Shown piece after piece: positions 45,170 to 56,343 of a stretch of DNA of 64,000 nucleotides (its first letter is position 1; each line of letters starts with the position of its first letter). Below the pieces are notes generated by a model. The model worked only from the letters and a program-made list of their open reading frames with translations, made no database searches and was not told the DNA's origin. A program made the translations under genes and the position numbers. Origin of the DNA: Sporopachydermia quercuum (Eukaryota); NCBI GenBank assembly GCA_001599295.1, contig BCGN01000004.1, positions 438,138 to 502,137 on the forward strand. Reading direction: 5' to 3'.

Positions 45170-47341
45170 TTAATCAAGGTCATCAATATGGACATCATGA
45201 TTAGAGCTATCATTTCCGTTATCTGATTCGTTATTTCTAACGTTTATTTCATTATTTGTCCCGTTAGTTCCACTATTTCCATTGTTTCCGTTATTGTTTC
45301 TGCTACTTCCANTGTTTGTTCCGTTACTATGACCAAGTACTTGCGTAATGAAATTAGCTACTTGTGCTCCGAAAAATCCAATATTTCCACCTCTCTGTCC
45401 GTTTCCGTTTCCATTATTATTTACATTATTATTTCCACTATTTCTTGTTCCTGTTGCTGTTCCATTATTTCCGTTTGGCGTTTCAACTTGAGTACCCCCG
45501 CCTAAAGGGACAAATGATCCGTCTTCATTAACCGACATAACAATGGACTGCTGTGGGCTAATGAATTCATCAAGAATCGTATCAAATATTGTTCCGAACA
45601 CATTATTCTGTGTATCTGATCTCGGATTAAGAATATCAGCTGCCGAGAAAGAAGCCGAAGCTGCTTCGGAACCAGTTCCAGAAGCAGAATTTGCCGAGGC
45701 TTCATGTCTTTCTGCAGCACTCCTGAGTCGCTCCCGGATGAAATCAGTATATGCGTCATTATCGGAATTATTAGGAACAGAGACATCGGGATCTGATTCG
45801 GATGAGGTATTAGCATTTGTAGTTGTATTTGCATCAGGAGACGTGGAAGTAGAGTTTGAATTTGAGTTCGATTCTGTGGACAAATCGGAGTTTATCCCCG
45901 AATTGGGATTGGGTTCATTGCTACTGTTTGGTATATTGCTATTCCACGTTCGGGTATTATTGTTCAATGCAGAAAGATGGAAAGGTCTAATCCCGGGAAA
46001 TAACGGTAGTTGAGCATTTGCTTCGATATTTGTATTAGAATTCGTACTAGNTATTCCGGTATTTTCCGTATTATTCCGAGTCAAGTTGGACCGAGCTCGG
46101 GTAATAAATGCACTATTCCCTCTTCTAACGGTTCTAATGTTTCCTCCGAAATTGTTTCCAAACANGTTTCCAAGAGGATTTCCGTTCACACTGACATTTT
46201 CTCCGTTATTTCTTCGTTCTATCAATCTTCGGATATCTTCTGACGTCTTCTTCATTTTCTCTAGATCGGTATCCGTGAAACTCTCATACGGAAGAATGAT
46301 CTCTTCCTCGCAGTCCTCGGCATGTGGTTGAGAAGCCGTTGATTGTTCCGATTTGGCTTTCGATTCTCCTTCCGAATCTTCCCGACCAATTGTCCGTTTC
46401 TTTTTCCCGTTATAAAATTCATCCCGGAGATTTCTTTTTTCAAAATATTTTTCCGCCACTCGGATTCCACGGTCGTAAGCTTCTACAGCTTCAGTTAACT
46501 TTCCCGCTCGAAATCGGGCAAACCCGGTTCTGGCCCAAGCACAAACGTAATATTGTTTTATTCGCGAACGTTTTATTCCGTTAGTTTCCGAAGTGTCATC
46601 ACTCGCTTTATCAACACTGGTTGATCTACTACTAGTACTGGTACGAGAAGTTCCGTCTTCCCCATTATTTTCTCCTGAATCATTTACACCGATAACTTTC
46701 ACTGGGCGGACTTTTTCTACTAACTCAATAGCTGTTAATGCATCATCTTCGGCGGCTTCGAAATCACCAATACCTAAAAAAGCTGCCGATCGGTTTGAAT
46801 ATAAAACGGGATTAGCGGGCGTCATTCCTATACCTCTTGAATAATGAGCGATAGCTTGACCGAACTTTTGCTGTTCCATTGCTTGGTTACCCTTCTTTCG
46901 GAACGATCCCGCGCTTGAAATCGTAGAAGGTGTTCCGTTCCGAAAAGCGTCAAGAAGGATTGTGCCGAGATACTCTAACTTTTCGGCAGATGCGGAGTCT
47001 GAAGCAGTTTCCGCAGAAACTATACCAGAGTGATCACCGAAAACATGCGCAAGCAAATCTCGAGCTATNGCAATCTTCCGATCGTTTCCGAAGCTAAGAA
47101 TGCCACTTCTTGGAGTCGATGCATTACTATTGCTATTGCTATTGTTACTGGTACCGCTTGTACTTGCAATCTCATCAATAACTGTGCTTCCCACTCCGGT
47201 GGAACAATCGGAATCCAGAGTCATATTATCGACCAAAGAGGTCAAATATAAAATAATAGCTTGCTCTACATCAGTATGGGCGCCGGCACCCGTTCCGAGA
47301 TTCGATCCCGAGATTGCGCTTGTGTTCCGTAGTGATGCCAT
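45170..47341 (-). CDS. Divergent Sgt2/SGTA-like TPR co-chaperone with an Asn/Gly/Ser-rich C-terminal half
   Basis: First ATG at 47341. Three TPRs (FRKKGNQAM...AIAHYSRGI, NPVLYSNRSAAF...AEDDA, AWARTGFARF...EAVEAYDRGI); N-terminal AIILYLTSLV...IARDLLAHVF resembles the Sgt2 dimerization helices. Confidence 0.65.
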   Translation of the reverse strand: MASLRNTSAISGSNLGTGAGAHTDVEQAIILYLTSLVDNMTLDSDCSTGVGSTVIDEIASTSGTSNNSNSNSNASTPRSGILSFGNDRKIXIARDLLAHVFGDHSGIVSAETASDSASAEKLEYLGTILLDAFRNGTPSTISSAGSFRKKGNQAMEQQKFGQAIAHYSRGIGMTPANPVLYSNRSAAFLGIGDFEAAEDDALTAIELVEKVRPVKVIGVNDSGENNGEDGTSRTSTSSRSTSVDKASDDTSETNGIKRSRIKQYYVCAWARTGFARFRAGKLTEAVEAYDRGIRVAEKYFEKRNLRDEFYNGKKKRTIGREDSEGESKAKSEQSTASQPHAEDCEEEIILPYESFTDTDLEKMKKTSEDIRRLIERRNNGENVSVNGNPLGNXFGNNFGGNIRTVRRGNSAFITRARSNLTRNNTENTGIXSTNSNTNIEANAQLPLFPGIRPFHLSALNNNTRTWNSNIPNSSNEPNPNSGINSDLSTESNSNSNSTSTSPDANTTTNANTSSESDPDVSVPNNSDNDAYTDFIRERLRSAAERHEASANSASGTGSEAASASFSAADILNPRSDTQNNVFGTIFDTILDEFISPQQSIVMSVNEDGSFVPLGGGTQVETPNGNNGTATGTRNSGNNNVNNNGNGNGQRGGNIGFFGAQVANFITQVLGHSNGTNXGSSRNNNGNNGNSGTNGTNNEINVRNNESDNGNDSSNHDVHIDDLD

Positions 47342-48032
47342 GATTATACCACGGATGTTATTGATGGCTGACAAATCTGGCAAAATCTGCCGATTCAGTA
47401 AATATAATTACCCAGATTAAGTAATTCTTCACCTGAATTGGCTAATATATGGCTATTTTGGGCTATGAAATAAGCATTCTGGCTGACATCCCGATGTTAT
47501 CGGCAAATCAAATTGTACAGAAATACAAAGAGAAAAGAGAATTTTTCTTTTGGNCAAGTTTTGTGGTTGAGGAAAGGGTGTCTTAAAATGGGTAGGATTC
47601 TTAAAAATAATGTGTCCGGGAAAGATTGCCGAATAAGGGACGGAGTGGAGATGAGGATAGCGCACTGAAAATACTGTTGATTGTGATGGGAGATGTTGAG
47701 ATCCTCTGTTTCTTTGGAAAGATAATTGCTTGTAGTCAATTGTTTATGTTTGATGAATTTTTTGAGCCATGAAGATTATTATACCATTGGAACTGACTAC
47801 TCAGGTGGTAAAGCAAAGTAGGTATGGCATGCGGTATACGTGAGTAGGAAATTGTCCAGACAGAACCTCTGCATTCACTCTATTTGATTACCATGTAATT
47901 CTACTCATTTGTTGAACTAACACATAAACAACAGTGCTTGCATTAATCACCCTCATATATTATGATTCCTGTTTATTCTTCTTTTAAATCAGCCTGTAAA
48001 TATCAGGAAAATCGCACGCTTAATTCTACAGA

Positions 48033-48132
48033 GCTCATCNCTCATAAGCCCCTTCTTCATTCCACTTTCCATACATAAATGATCACCTAATCAGAAATTA
48101 TAAATCACATGCTTACATCAAGTGAAAATTTT
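48033..48132 (+). promoter_or_regulatory. PAC-like (GCTCATCNC, 48033-48041) and RRPE (TGAAAATTTT, 48123-48132) ribosome-biogenesis elements upstream of TRM732
   Basis: Match to the yeast PAC (CTCATCGC) and RRPE consensus upstream of a tRNA-modification gene, a typical RiBi target. Confidence 0.55.
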
Positions 48133-48296
48133 CGTTTACTATGGAGCAAAAATTTTGAATCAAGTGTCGGAAGGAAATCTCGGGTGCTTGATCAAATCTC
48201 GGTAATATGAACCTTCAGAAGGCTTAGAGAACACAAAATCCCGATATTGAGTTTTTGGCACGTCTGCTGACAATTGGAAGCCTCAACCTACCGAAA

Positions 48297-51200
48297 ATGT
48301 CTGAAGGTCTTCAATCGGTCGTAACTGTTTTACTGAACAGTTGCCCTGATGAAATATTAGATAAAGCATCAATTGAAAGCCTTCGTAGTGTTTTGATCAA
48401 ATTCAAAGCTACTGATTGCACTGAAGAGGACTTTGCTAGCTTCCTGGACCTTTTTAGTGTCTTGTTCAACACACTACAACATGGCTATACAGGAACCGGA
48501 GGACTTGATGTGGCCTATATTACCATGATATCAGATACACTAGGAATATATCTACTACGAATCAACCAGATGCTCAGCANTGTTTTCTGTGATATTGAGG
48601 AGGAGTTCTTTGAATTTGAATCGAAAATCACTGAAAAATTATACCATGACAACTATTCAAGCGTTGATTTAATATTCCGATTTGTGCGAGAGTTCTGGAC
48701 TGACTCGGGAGCAGCATTAGGTAACTCATTAAGAGAACTAATGGTTAAACTCATTAATCTACTGAACCAACTTGATAATGAATCTGACACCAAGCAAGTT
48801 CTCTCTAATTGGTTAAGAGAGATTCTTGCACAACCACCAACATTTAGAGTTGTTTATTTTATGGTTGAATTGTTATGCAAACAAGTTGACGGTTATGAAG
48901 TGCTTAGCATCAAGCCAGATTTCACTGAAAGTTCACTGAAATTACTTTATTCTAGCCCTTTAGCAAATCCTGTATGCAAATCGGTTGCTGCTGTTTATCG
49001 TTCCATTAAACTAAACAATCCTCATTTGACTTCTCAAGAATGGACTTCACTATGGGCCAAACCAATCATTGATAATCTATATAGCGATAATCCCACAACT
49101 AGGAAAAATACTGAGACATATTTGTTACCGTTAATGTTTAAGATCGATGCAGAATCATTTGAATTTTTCATTGGTTCTATTCCTGCTAATGATCTTTCAA
49201 TATTAGTTGGTGTCCTGAAAATTGGTCAAGCATTAAGCATTATCAATGATCCTTTTGATAGTTCATTCAAATCTATTGACACGCAGTTTCTTATAGAAGC
49301 ATTGCACCATAAACAAGGATCTGTTAGATTATCAGTTTTATCGCTATTTATCTCGAGTAATAAAGGAAGCAAACCTGTTGCTTTGCCAGTATTGGAACTA
49401 GCGAAAAACTCATGGGACGATTTCTTCCTAGAATTCGATGTTGAGTTGCGAAATGATTATTATGGATTAATGAGACAATTCATATTCAGATTAAGAGACT
49501 CGGCGTACGGGATTTCTCGCGAGAGAACAAGACTGAATAAATCAATTCTCAAAACAAATACAACTAATGAAAAAGCTGAAATACTGAAATCAAAGATCGC
49601 TGAAGCAAATGAGTATTTAACGTCAATTCAGTCATTTTTCCGATCGTTTATTTTATATCTCTCTAAACAAATTGCACCAAACTCGGCATACAGAAGACGT
49701 CATTTGGGTATGAGGTTTATTCATTTATTATTAAGATCAGGTCTTGATGATAGCATTTCTGGCAAGTTTCATGAAAAACAGCATATTGATTTTCCTTTCA
49801 GTATCGCAATTTTCGATAAAAAGTACTTAAGATTGTTATTTGATAATGTGATTAATGATTATGAAGATATTAGAGAGTTATCACGACAGATTTTGAATAT
49901 GTGTCCTAATTTGACTGATTTANTAGGTGTTGATGAAATCAATGTTTTATGTTATCGAGCTATCAGTGAATTGAACGGTATTAGAGGCAGAGGAGCAGAT
50001 GGTTCGGCTAAAGTTCTACAAGTTATATTTCAACATAATTTGAACCAGAATCCAAATGATTATAAATTACTGGAAAAGTTAATTGTCAATTTACAGCAAT
50101 TGGCTTTATCAGCAAAGGAAAGTTTATCTTTAGCGGTTAGAGAGAAAGCGTTACATGGATATTTCATTGCTATCAAATTGATGATTGAATCGATTGATTT
50201 CGATTCAAATGAATCCAATGGAAATAGCTCAGAGGTAAGTGCGATCATAATTAAACTGTTAGTTATTATTGAAGATACCTGGTTGATTATTAGACCAATT
50301 CTTAGTCATGATTCACCAGAAGGTAATTTACCAGAAGAGCTAGGAGATGGCTATTTACCAGAACTTGAGGAACAATTCGGACCAGCATCACAATTAATTC
50401 TTAGTTATAGTTGGAGAGCCGTTAAAGAATCATCAGGTTTGTTGGAAATGATATTAAACAAAATACCTGAATATAATGAGAATGATCCCCGGTCAGAAAT
50501 ATTAACTGATTCTACTATCCTACAATGTGGAACCTTAGTTCTGGATATGTTAGCGACAGTTCGACATCGGGGAGCATTTTCATCAGTTTATCCGACGTTT
50601 ATTTCGCTATGTAGGAGATGTTTCAATTCCAAGCATGAGAAATTGCGAGAAATGCCAAAAGAATGGTTGAATGAGAATATTAAATTAATAACAGCAAAAG
50701 CTCAATTTATTACTAGAAGATCTGGTGGTATTCCTTTCCTTATCACTGGTATTCTCCAAACCGAGAAAGATGTGTCAAGACCCTTGCTAAAATCAACTAT
50801 CAATGAGCTTTTAAGAATAGCTGAATCACCAATATCTCATGATTCAATTGTTCAAGGTGAGAAAATGGATTTACCTCAAGTTCATGCGTTCAACTGTATT
50901 AAAGCAATATTCATTGAATCAGAGTTATCAGCACCGGCAGCACAATACGTTGGAATAGGCCTTTCCTTAAGTTTAAAAGCATTTTCTCATAACATTTGGG
51001 CAATCAGAAATTGTGGTGTTATGCTTTTTTCATCATTATTAACAAGAGTATTTGGAACCAAGAAAGTTAAATCTTCGAGATTATCACCGAATTCAATTTC
51101 TGCAGTATTATTTTTTGCAAAATATCCAACGGTGAGAGATGAATTAATCCGAGTTTTACAAAACGGAACAAATGAAGTTCCGGATAGATTATCTGATTCT

Positions 51201-53009
51201 CATGTTGAATCAATGTTCCCAGTTTTAATATTGCTTTCAAGGCTTGAATCAAGTGAGAGTGATGATGTTTTGAATGTATTTCAACCGTTAGTTAGCAAAT
51301 GCTTGAATGATAAAAGATGGAAGGTAAGAGAGATGGCAGCAAGAATTATACCCAATTTATTCCCTGGTAGTTTATTAAATACTACAAAATTGTTTTTGAA
51401 AGAATGTACTGAGATAACTAGCCAGAATCAATTACATGGTAAATTATTAGCAGGCTTTGAGTTATTGAACAAATATCTGAACATTAACAGTAATTCTGTT
51501 AACGGAAAAGATTCCGAGGAAATCTCAGAATTATGGCAATTTGTTGTTGATAATTTAGCAGTTTTCGTTTATGAAAATAAATGTTATTCAACTGGTTTGG
51601 TTTACCTGAGGATATTGCATTTAATATTAATGGAAACCATTAAAGTTTCGAATAAAAAAACGAAGATAGAAAAAATGAATACAGAATTGAAAGCCTGGTT
51701 ACTTGATACGTTATTAAGCGTTAATAATTCATTAGATTCAACGAGATCTATGATAGTAGCGAAAAGTGCAGAAATCATTTTTGACATAGAATTAGAATTT
51801 GAGNTAGAAGAGAAATTAATTGATAATTTGCATTTATTCCTAACTGGGCCACCAATAGTGTATGACATTCAACTGCAAATATTGAGCAAATTGCAAGAAN
51901 GAATAAATCGGGTTAATGAAAATATTACCAAAAATGTATTTTATTGCATTAAACAATTGTTGGAAGATAACGATATGAAATATTGGAATCATGTTAAAGC
52001 TTCAGCGGGCTTATTATTATTAGATATTAATCTATTGTCAGTACATGAATTCTGGGATAACAATACTACTGATAATAATAATGAAGGGTTCTATCAAATG
52101 ATTTATAATACTCTTGTTAAGTACACCAATGAGAATGAAAGCATCGAGATGCGTATTTCAGCATTACAAGCATTAGGGGCCAATATTGCTGGAGTATTAT
52201 TAGAAAATGAAAATTTTCCATTTGAGTTAACTAATCAATGGTTTAACCTTACTGAAAGCTTTGCTGATGAGTTAATGCCTTTTGAAGAGCGACTGGCCTC
52301 ATTAAATAGTTTCAAAGCTTTTATTACGACAAGTTATGGATTGAATGTTAAAAACATTGATTCTTATTTGGCAAGGGCATTTATTGGTGTGTTCAAAGCA
52401 TTGTCTGATGATGATGAAATTATCCGTGATGAAGCATCAGAATTAGTAGCAAAATATTTGCATTTGAATGTTGTGCCAACTCCTGTTTTTGCTGAGAAAT
52501 TGTTCCTTAAAATGTTTGAAAACCATTTAGATTCAAATTTTGTATTGGTTAATCCTGAAGGAAATCCAATTGTGGGAGATATTAAAGAGGCTGCAAAGGC
52601 TGTTTTTGATAAGGAAATTAGCTGTAAAAAAAGAATCGATAATGCATTAGCAAGTGATGATGTCTTATTTACAGTTGAGAAGCAAAACTTGTATAGAAAT
52701 TCAGTTGAAATGTACGAAGCATTGAGACTTATTGTTGGTGAAGATTATATTTTACAGCAACAAAATGTGATTGATGATGTTATTGATAGTATAAAGAAAC
52801 AAGGTACTGATGATACATTAGGATACTTGAATCAAGATGATGCATACAGTGCATTCAGTGTTTGTCTTGTTGAGATCAAATATGGAATCAAACAAGATAT
52901 AATAAATGTGAAAGATTGTGAGAGAGTTAAGGAAATTTTAAAGAAGTATAAGGTGCATGAAATGTTGAAAGAATCATTGGAAAGTGTGATGGAAATATAT
53001 AAATTGTGA
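48297..53009 (+). CDS. TRM732: Trm732/THADA, HEAT-repeat adaptor of the Trm7 tRNA 2'-O-methyltransferase
   Basis: DUF2428 signature motifs SHDSPEG, SYSWRAVKESS, RHRGAFSSV, TRRSGGIPF, PQVHAFN, WAIRNCGVMLF, WKVREMAAR, LF.VEKQNLY. First in-frame ATG is 48297; the exact start is uncertain. Confidence 0.9.
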   Translation: MSEGLQSVVTVLLNSCPDEILDKASIESLRSVLIKFKATDCTEEDFASFLDLFSVLFNTLQHGYTGTGGLDVAYITMISDTLGIYLLRINQMLSXVFCDIEEEFFEFESKITEKLYHDNYSSVDLIFRFVREFWTDSGAALGNSLRELMVKLINLLNQLDNESDTKQVLSNWLREILAQPPTFRVVYFMVELLCKQVDGYEVLSIKPDFTESSLKLLYSSPLANPVCKSVAAVYRSIKLNNPHLTSQEWTSLWAKPIIDNLYSDNPTTRKNTETYLLPLMFKIDAESFEFFIGSIPANDLSILVGVLKIGQALSIINDPFDSSFKSIDTQFLIEALHHKQGSVRLSVLSLFISSNKGSKPVALPVLELAKNSWDDFFLEFDVELRNDYYGLMRQFIFRLRDSAYGISRERTRLNKSILKTNTTNEKAEILKSKIAEANEYLTSIQSFFRSFILYLSKQIAPNSAYRRRHLGMRFIHLLLRSGLDDSISGKFHEKQHIDFPFSIAIFDKKYLRLLFDNVINDYEDIRELSRQILNMCPNLTDLXGVDEINVLCYRAISELNGIRGRGADGSAKVLQVIFQHNLNQNPNDYKLLEKLIVNLQQLALSAKESLSLAVREKALHGYFIAIKLMIESIDFDSNESNGNSSEVSAIIIKLLVIIEDTWLIIRPILSHDSPEGNLPEELGDGYLPELEEQFGPASQLILSYSWRAVKESSGLLEMILNKIPEYNENDPRSEILTDSTILQCGTLVLDMLATVRHRGAFSSVYPTFISLCRRCFNSKHEKLREMPKEWLNENIKLITAKAQFITRRSGGIPFLITGILQTEKDVSRPLLKSTINELLRIAESPISHDSIVQGEKMDLPQVHAFNCIKAIFIESELSAPAAQYVGIGLSLSLKAFSHNIWAIRNCGVMLFSSLLTRVFGTKKVKSSRLSPNSISAVLFFAKYPTVRDELIRVLQNGTNEVPDRLSDSHVESMFPVLILLSRLESSESDDVLNVFQPLVSKCLNDKRWKVREMAARIIPNLFPGSLLNTTKLFLKECTEITSQNQLHGKLLAGFELLNKYLNINSNSVNGKDSEEISELWQFVVDNLAVFVYENKCYSTGLVYLRILHLILMETIKVSNKKTKIEKMNTELKAWLLDTLLSVNNSLDSTRSMIVAKSAEIIFDIELEFEXEEKLIDNLHLFLTGPPIVYDIQLQILSKLQEXINRVNENITKNVFYCIKQLLEDNDMKYWNHVKASAGLLLLDINLLSVHEFWDNNTTDNNNEGFYQMIYNTLVKYTNENESIEMRISALQALGANIAGVLLENENFPFELTNQWFNLTESFADELMPFEERLASLNSFKAFITTSYGLNVKNIDSYLARAFIGVFKALSDDDEIIRDEASELVAKYLHLNVVPTPVFAEKLFLKMFENHLDSNFVLVNPEGNPIVGDIKEAAKAVFDKEISCKKRIDNALASDDVLFTVEKQNLYRNSVEMYEALRLIVGEDYILQQQNVIDDVIDSIKKQGTDDTLGYLNQDDAYSAFSVCLVEIKYGIKQDIINVKDCERVKEILKKYKVHEMLKESLESVMEIYKL

Positions 53010-53685
53010 GAGTTGAATGATTTGAGTGATGTCCAAAAACATTAGGTATCCGTTCATATAGAAAAACAAAACAAAATCAAGTTCACTGCGTTTGATTCAG
53101 TTGTAAGGTTTCTCTTACTTCCCCATATAGCTCTCTTTGGTTCCCTTAGTCTTCCAGTACTCCCTCTTCGTATCAGATAAGGTTTATTTGTTCGTTTAAT
53201 TTTCCCAATACGGAAGGTGAAATATATCTAATTCTTGCTAACTCTCCCATCCACTAAACCCTAACCTGTAACATCAAATCTCATTTCACTTCATTCTTTA
53301 CACTGAACGAATTCAACCGGGTAATCCACATAACAAATCTTCTGAATTACCTTCATAATGTTTTACTATTCTCATTCAACATTTGATTATTACATTATAT
53401 TAAAGATATTGATATGTTAGGTTTGTTTCTCTTAATGAAAGCAATTCTAACTGAGATTTATCCCATTGATTATATTAAACACTGCTAAATGCAATCATTA
53501 AATTTCTGATTATTCCTGCAAGCTGCTGAAATAGGATTGAATTACAAAGTTCAGTATTCAAAACAGCCCTTTCAACAGTAATCACCAAACTGGTTGTTTG
53601 TGTGGTGTATTGATCCGTTTTTTCTTATTTTTGGATCTATTACCTCACTCGGAAATAGAGAAGGTGAGACGCTCAAACGAACATT

Positions 53686-56343
53686 ATGTTTGAGTTTTCT
53701 ACTCTCCGGCCAGATGAAGTTTCTGGGAAAGACGGCGGTGGGAAATTGAGAATCTCGGAATGGGATTATGCAGGAATATATCAGTCATTGCTTACATTTG
53801 ATTCAAGCTTGAACATCCTTATTGACGTTGGATGGGATTCTGCTTTATCTTTACCATTAACGCATTTAGAATCAAAAGCAGAATCTATTCATTTGATCCT
53901 TTTAACACATCCAACTATTAGACATATTGGTGGTTATGCTATACTATGTAAACGATGTCCTCAATTTGCTCAAATTCCCGTATATGCAACAACTCCTGTA
54001 GTAAGTCTTGGAAAGCTCGCTGTTATAGATGCCTATCGATCCTTTGGCTTATTAGGTCCGATTCCCAATGTTGAGTTAACTATTGCCGATATTGAGAGTT
54101 ATTTCGGGAAAATCTCACCTTTGAAATATTCACAACCAACCACTTTATCAGGACAATTCCCTGATTTGACTATCACAGCATATAATGCAGGTCATTCACT
54201 TGGTGGAGCAGTTTGGCAACTACAGAAGAATCAAGAAAACGTTGTTTATGCTGTAGATTGGAATCATACCGGTGATTCATTTCTAGCTGGTAGCAGCCTA
54301 CTAGGTCCTAATGGTACAGTTCCTAGTCAATTGGCAAGGCCATCAGCATTCATAACTTCCCTAAATACAAGTATTGGTGGTAAAAATAAGGAAAAACAGT
54401 TTATTTCTGCAATTCTAACTGCAATTGCAAGAGGTGGTAATGTTTTACTTCCTACGTCTCCTGGGGGGAGATTATTAGAACTGGTTCACGTAATCAATAA
54501 TTTCTGGATAAGCAAAGGGTTGACAATTCCCGTGTTTGTGGTAACTAATGTTACCCGCAAAGCATTGTCCTTTGCGTCGGCAATGCTCGAATGGATGGCT
54601 CCGGGAATTATTCGAGAATGGGAAGAGCGAGATGTTTCTCCATTTGAACTCGGATCTTATTTCTATTTATGTACAAGTTTAGATGAGATTCGAACTCGAT
54701 ATGGTAGTATTACCGGGCCGAGGGTTCTTATTGCTTCCGACGAGACATTAGAATCGGCCTTCTCTCGGAACCTATTTGCTGGATTATGCGGAGATGAGAA
54801 AAGCCTAGTGTTGCTAACGGAAAGAAATTCGGGTAAAACTTTAGCTCGCAAGCTATATGAAATTTGGCAATCAAATTCTAGTTCCGGCACAGGTGAAAAA
54901 GAAGTAGCAGTGAAACTTAATTTGGAGCTAGCGTTTGAGGAAGATTTAGAAGGCATAGAGTTGCAAAACTTTTCCCGGGAAGTCTCGGAACGGAAGAAGC
55001 AACGGGAATTAGAACAAGTGCTTGAATTACGGAGTAAATCCATTTTAGATCAAAATCAAGATGAAGAGTCGTCTTCAGATGAAGATGACGATGGATTGAT
55101 TCCAGCTTCGGTTACTGGTTCCGCGGGATTAGGTATCCGAGGTGCGGAGCGAGGACTGTTACTATACGGAGATAATGTATACGATGTTCAGGTCAAAACT
55201 CTCCAAACCGGAAAAAATAATGCAAATGCAATGTTTCCATTTCTACAAAAATCAAGAAGAGCGGATGATTACGGAGAACCAGTCCGAATAGAAGATTATA
55301 AACGAACCGAAGAATCGGATGCTATACATGTTCGAACGGGTAAACCCGGAGGCCGTCAAGAGTTCCGAAAAGGACCTGATGGGAAGTTCCGGAACGGGAA
55401 TGATCATAACGATAATGGTGATTTCGATTCCGACAACGAGAATAATAATATTAATGGCTCTACAGCAATCGGAAAGAAACAAAAATGGTCCGATATACCA
55501 AATTCTGAACACGATATTGATGAAATGGCTTTATTAGATCCATTAACTGGGTCAAAACCAAGGAAAGTTTCCAGGCAAAATGTTGACTTAACGTGTATAT
55601 GCCGAGTGGATTTTGTGGATATGGAAGGTCTAGTTGATAAACGGTCATTACAAATGATTATTCCGCAAATAAATCCGAGAAAAATAATAATTATTGATGC
55701 TGATTACGTAACCAATGCTACTCGAACATCGGAAGGAACCGGAATTGAGAATAAAGAAAAAACAGAAGCTTTGGCGTTGATTGAATCCATAAAATCCAGC
55801 TGTGGAGCATCCGAGTTAACTGTGATAAATAAAGGTAATGAGTCTGTCGATGCAAGTGTTAATATTAGTTCGTTTTCAGTGACTGTTGATTACAATTTGA
55901 TGAAATCAGTTGAATGGCAAACTGTATCAGGAGGTGCGTCAATTGCCCATGTTACTGGGGAAGTTGTATTCCGGAAGAAACCGGAATCTGAGATGGAACT
56001 AGATTCGGAGACTATGGATATTAGGGCTGACGAAAACGGAAACAACACTGAAAATGGAAATAGCACTGAGATCGTTCTAGAACCGGTGAAGCCTTCTGAC
56101 TCGCTATTGACAGCTTTTAAATCACAATCTCTTGTGGTTGGTGATGTTCGGCTTAATGAAGTAAGATCTCGGTTGATTTCTCTCGGACATAAAGCCGATT
56201 ATAAGGCCGAAGGTGTTTTGGTGTGTGATGATATTGTAGCTATTCGAAAGGTGAATGAGGGTAATATTGTTATTGATGGGGGTGCTGATTCTGAGTTCTA
56301 TAAAGTACGACAAACTGTTGGAGAGCTATTAGCTTATTTATAG
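53686..56343 (+). CDS. CFT2: Cleavage and polyadenylation specificity factor subunit 2 (CPSF100/Cft2/Ydh1)
   Basis: ILIDVGW, degenerate MBL motif LTHPTIRHIGG, LKYSQ, AYNAGHSLGGAVW, VVYAVDWNH, SAMLEWM, MFPF...DDYGE, FVDMEGLVD.RS, GDVRL, EGVLVCD. Confidence 0.95.
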   Translation: MFEFSTLRPDEVSGKDGGGKLRISEWDYAGIYQSLLTFDSSLNILIDVGWDSALSLPLTHLESKAESIHLILLTHPTIRHIGGYAILCKRCPQFAQIPVYATTPVVSLGKLAVIDAYRSFGLLGPIPNVELTIADIESYFGKISPLKYSQPTTLSGQFPDLTITAYNAGHSLGGAVWQLQKNQENVVYAVDWNHTGDSFLAGSSLLGPNGTVPSQLARPSAFITSLNTSIGGKNKEKQFISAILTAIARGGNVLLPTSPGGRLLELVHVINNFWISKGLTIPVFVVTNVTRKALSFASAMLEWMAPGIIREWEERDVSPFELGSYFYLCTSLDEIRTRYGSITGPRVLIASDETLESAFSRNLFAGLCGDEKSLVLLTERNSGKTLARKLYEIWQSNSSSGTGEKEVAVKLNLELAFEEDLEGIELQNFSREVSERKKQRELEQVLELRSKSILDQNQDEESSSDEDDDGLIPASVTGSAGLGIRGAERGLLLYGDNVYDVQVKTLQTGKNNANAMFPFLQKSRRADDYGEPVRIEDYKRTEESDAIHVRTGKPGGRQEFRKGPDGKFRNGNDHNDNGDFDSDNENNNINGSTAIGKKQKWSDIPNSEHDIDEMALLDPLTGSKPRKVSRQNVDLTCICRVDFVDMEGLVDKRSLQMIIPQINPRKIIIIDADYVTNATRTSEGTGIENKEKTEALALIESIKSSCGASELTVINKGNESVDASVNISSFSVTVDYNLMKSVEWQTVSGGASIAHVTGEVVFRKKPESEMELDSETMDIRADENGNNTENGNSTEIVLEPVKPSDSLLTAFKSQSLVVGDVRLNEVRSRLISLGHKADYKAEGVLVCDDIVAIRKVNEGNIVIDGGADSEFYKVRQTVGELLAYL

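Noticed and set aside
47732..47934. Possible C/D snoRNA (TTGATGA…CTGA with GTAGTCA/TGACTAC) or tRNA-Val-like 5' end; also an ACTAAC…CAG
   Set aside because: Too short, imperfect box C, no convincing rRNA guide, no tRNA D-loop GG or T-loop, noncanonical branch point
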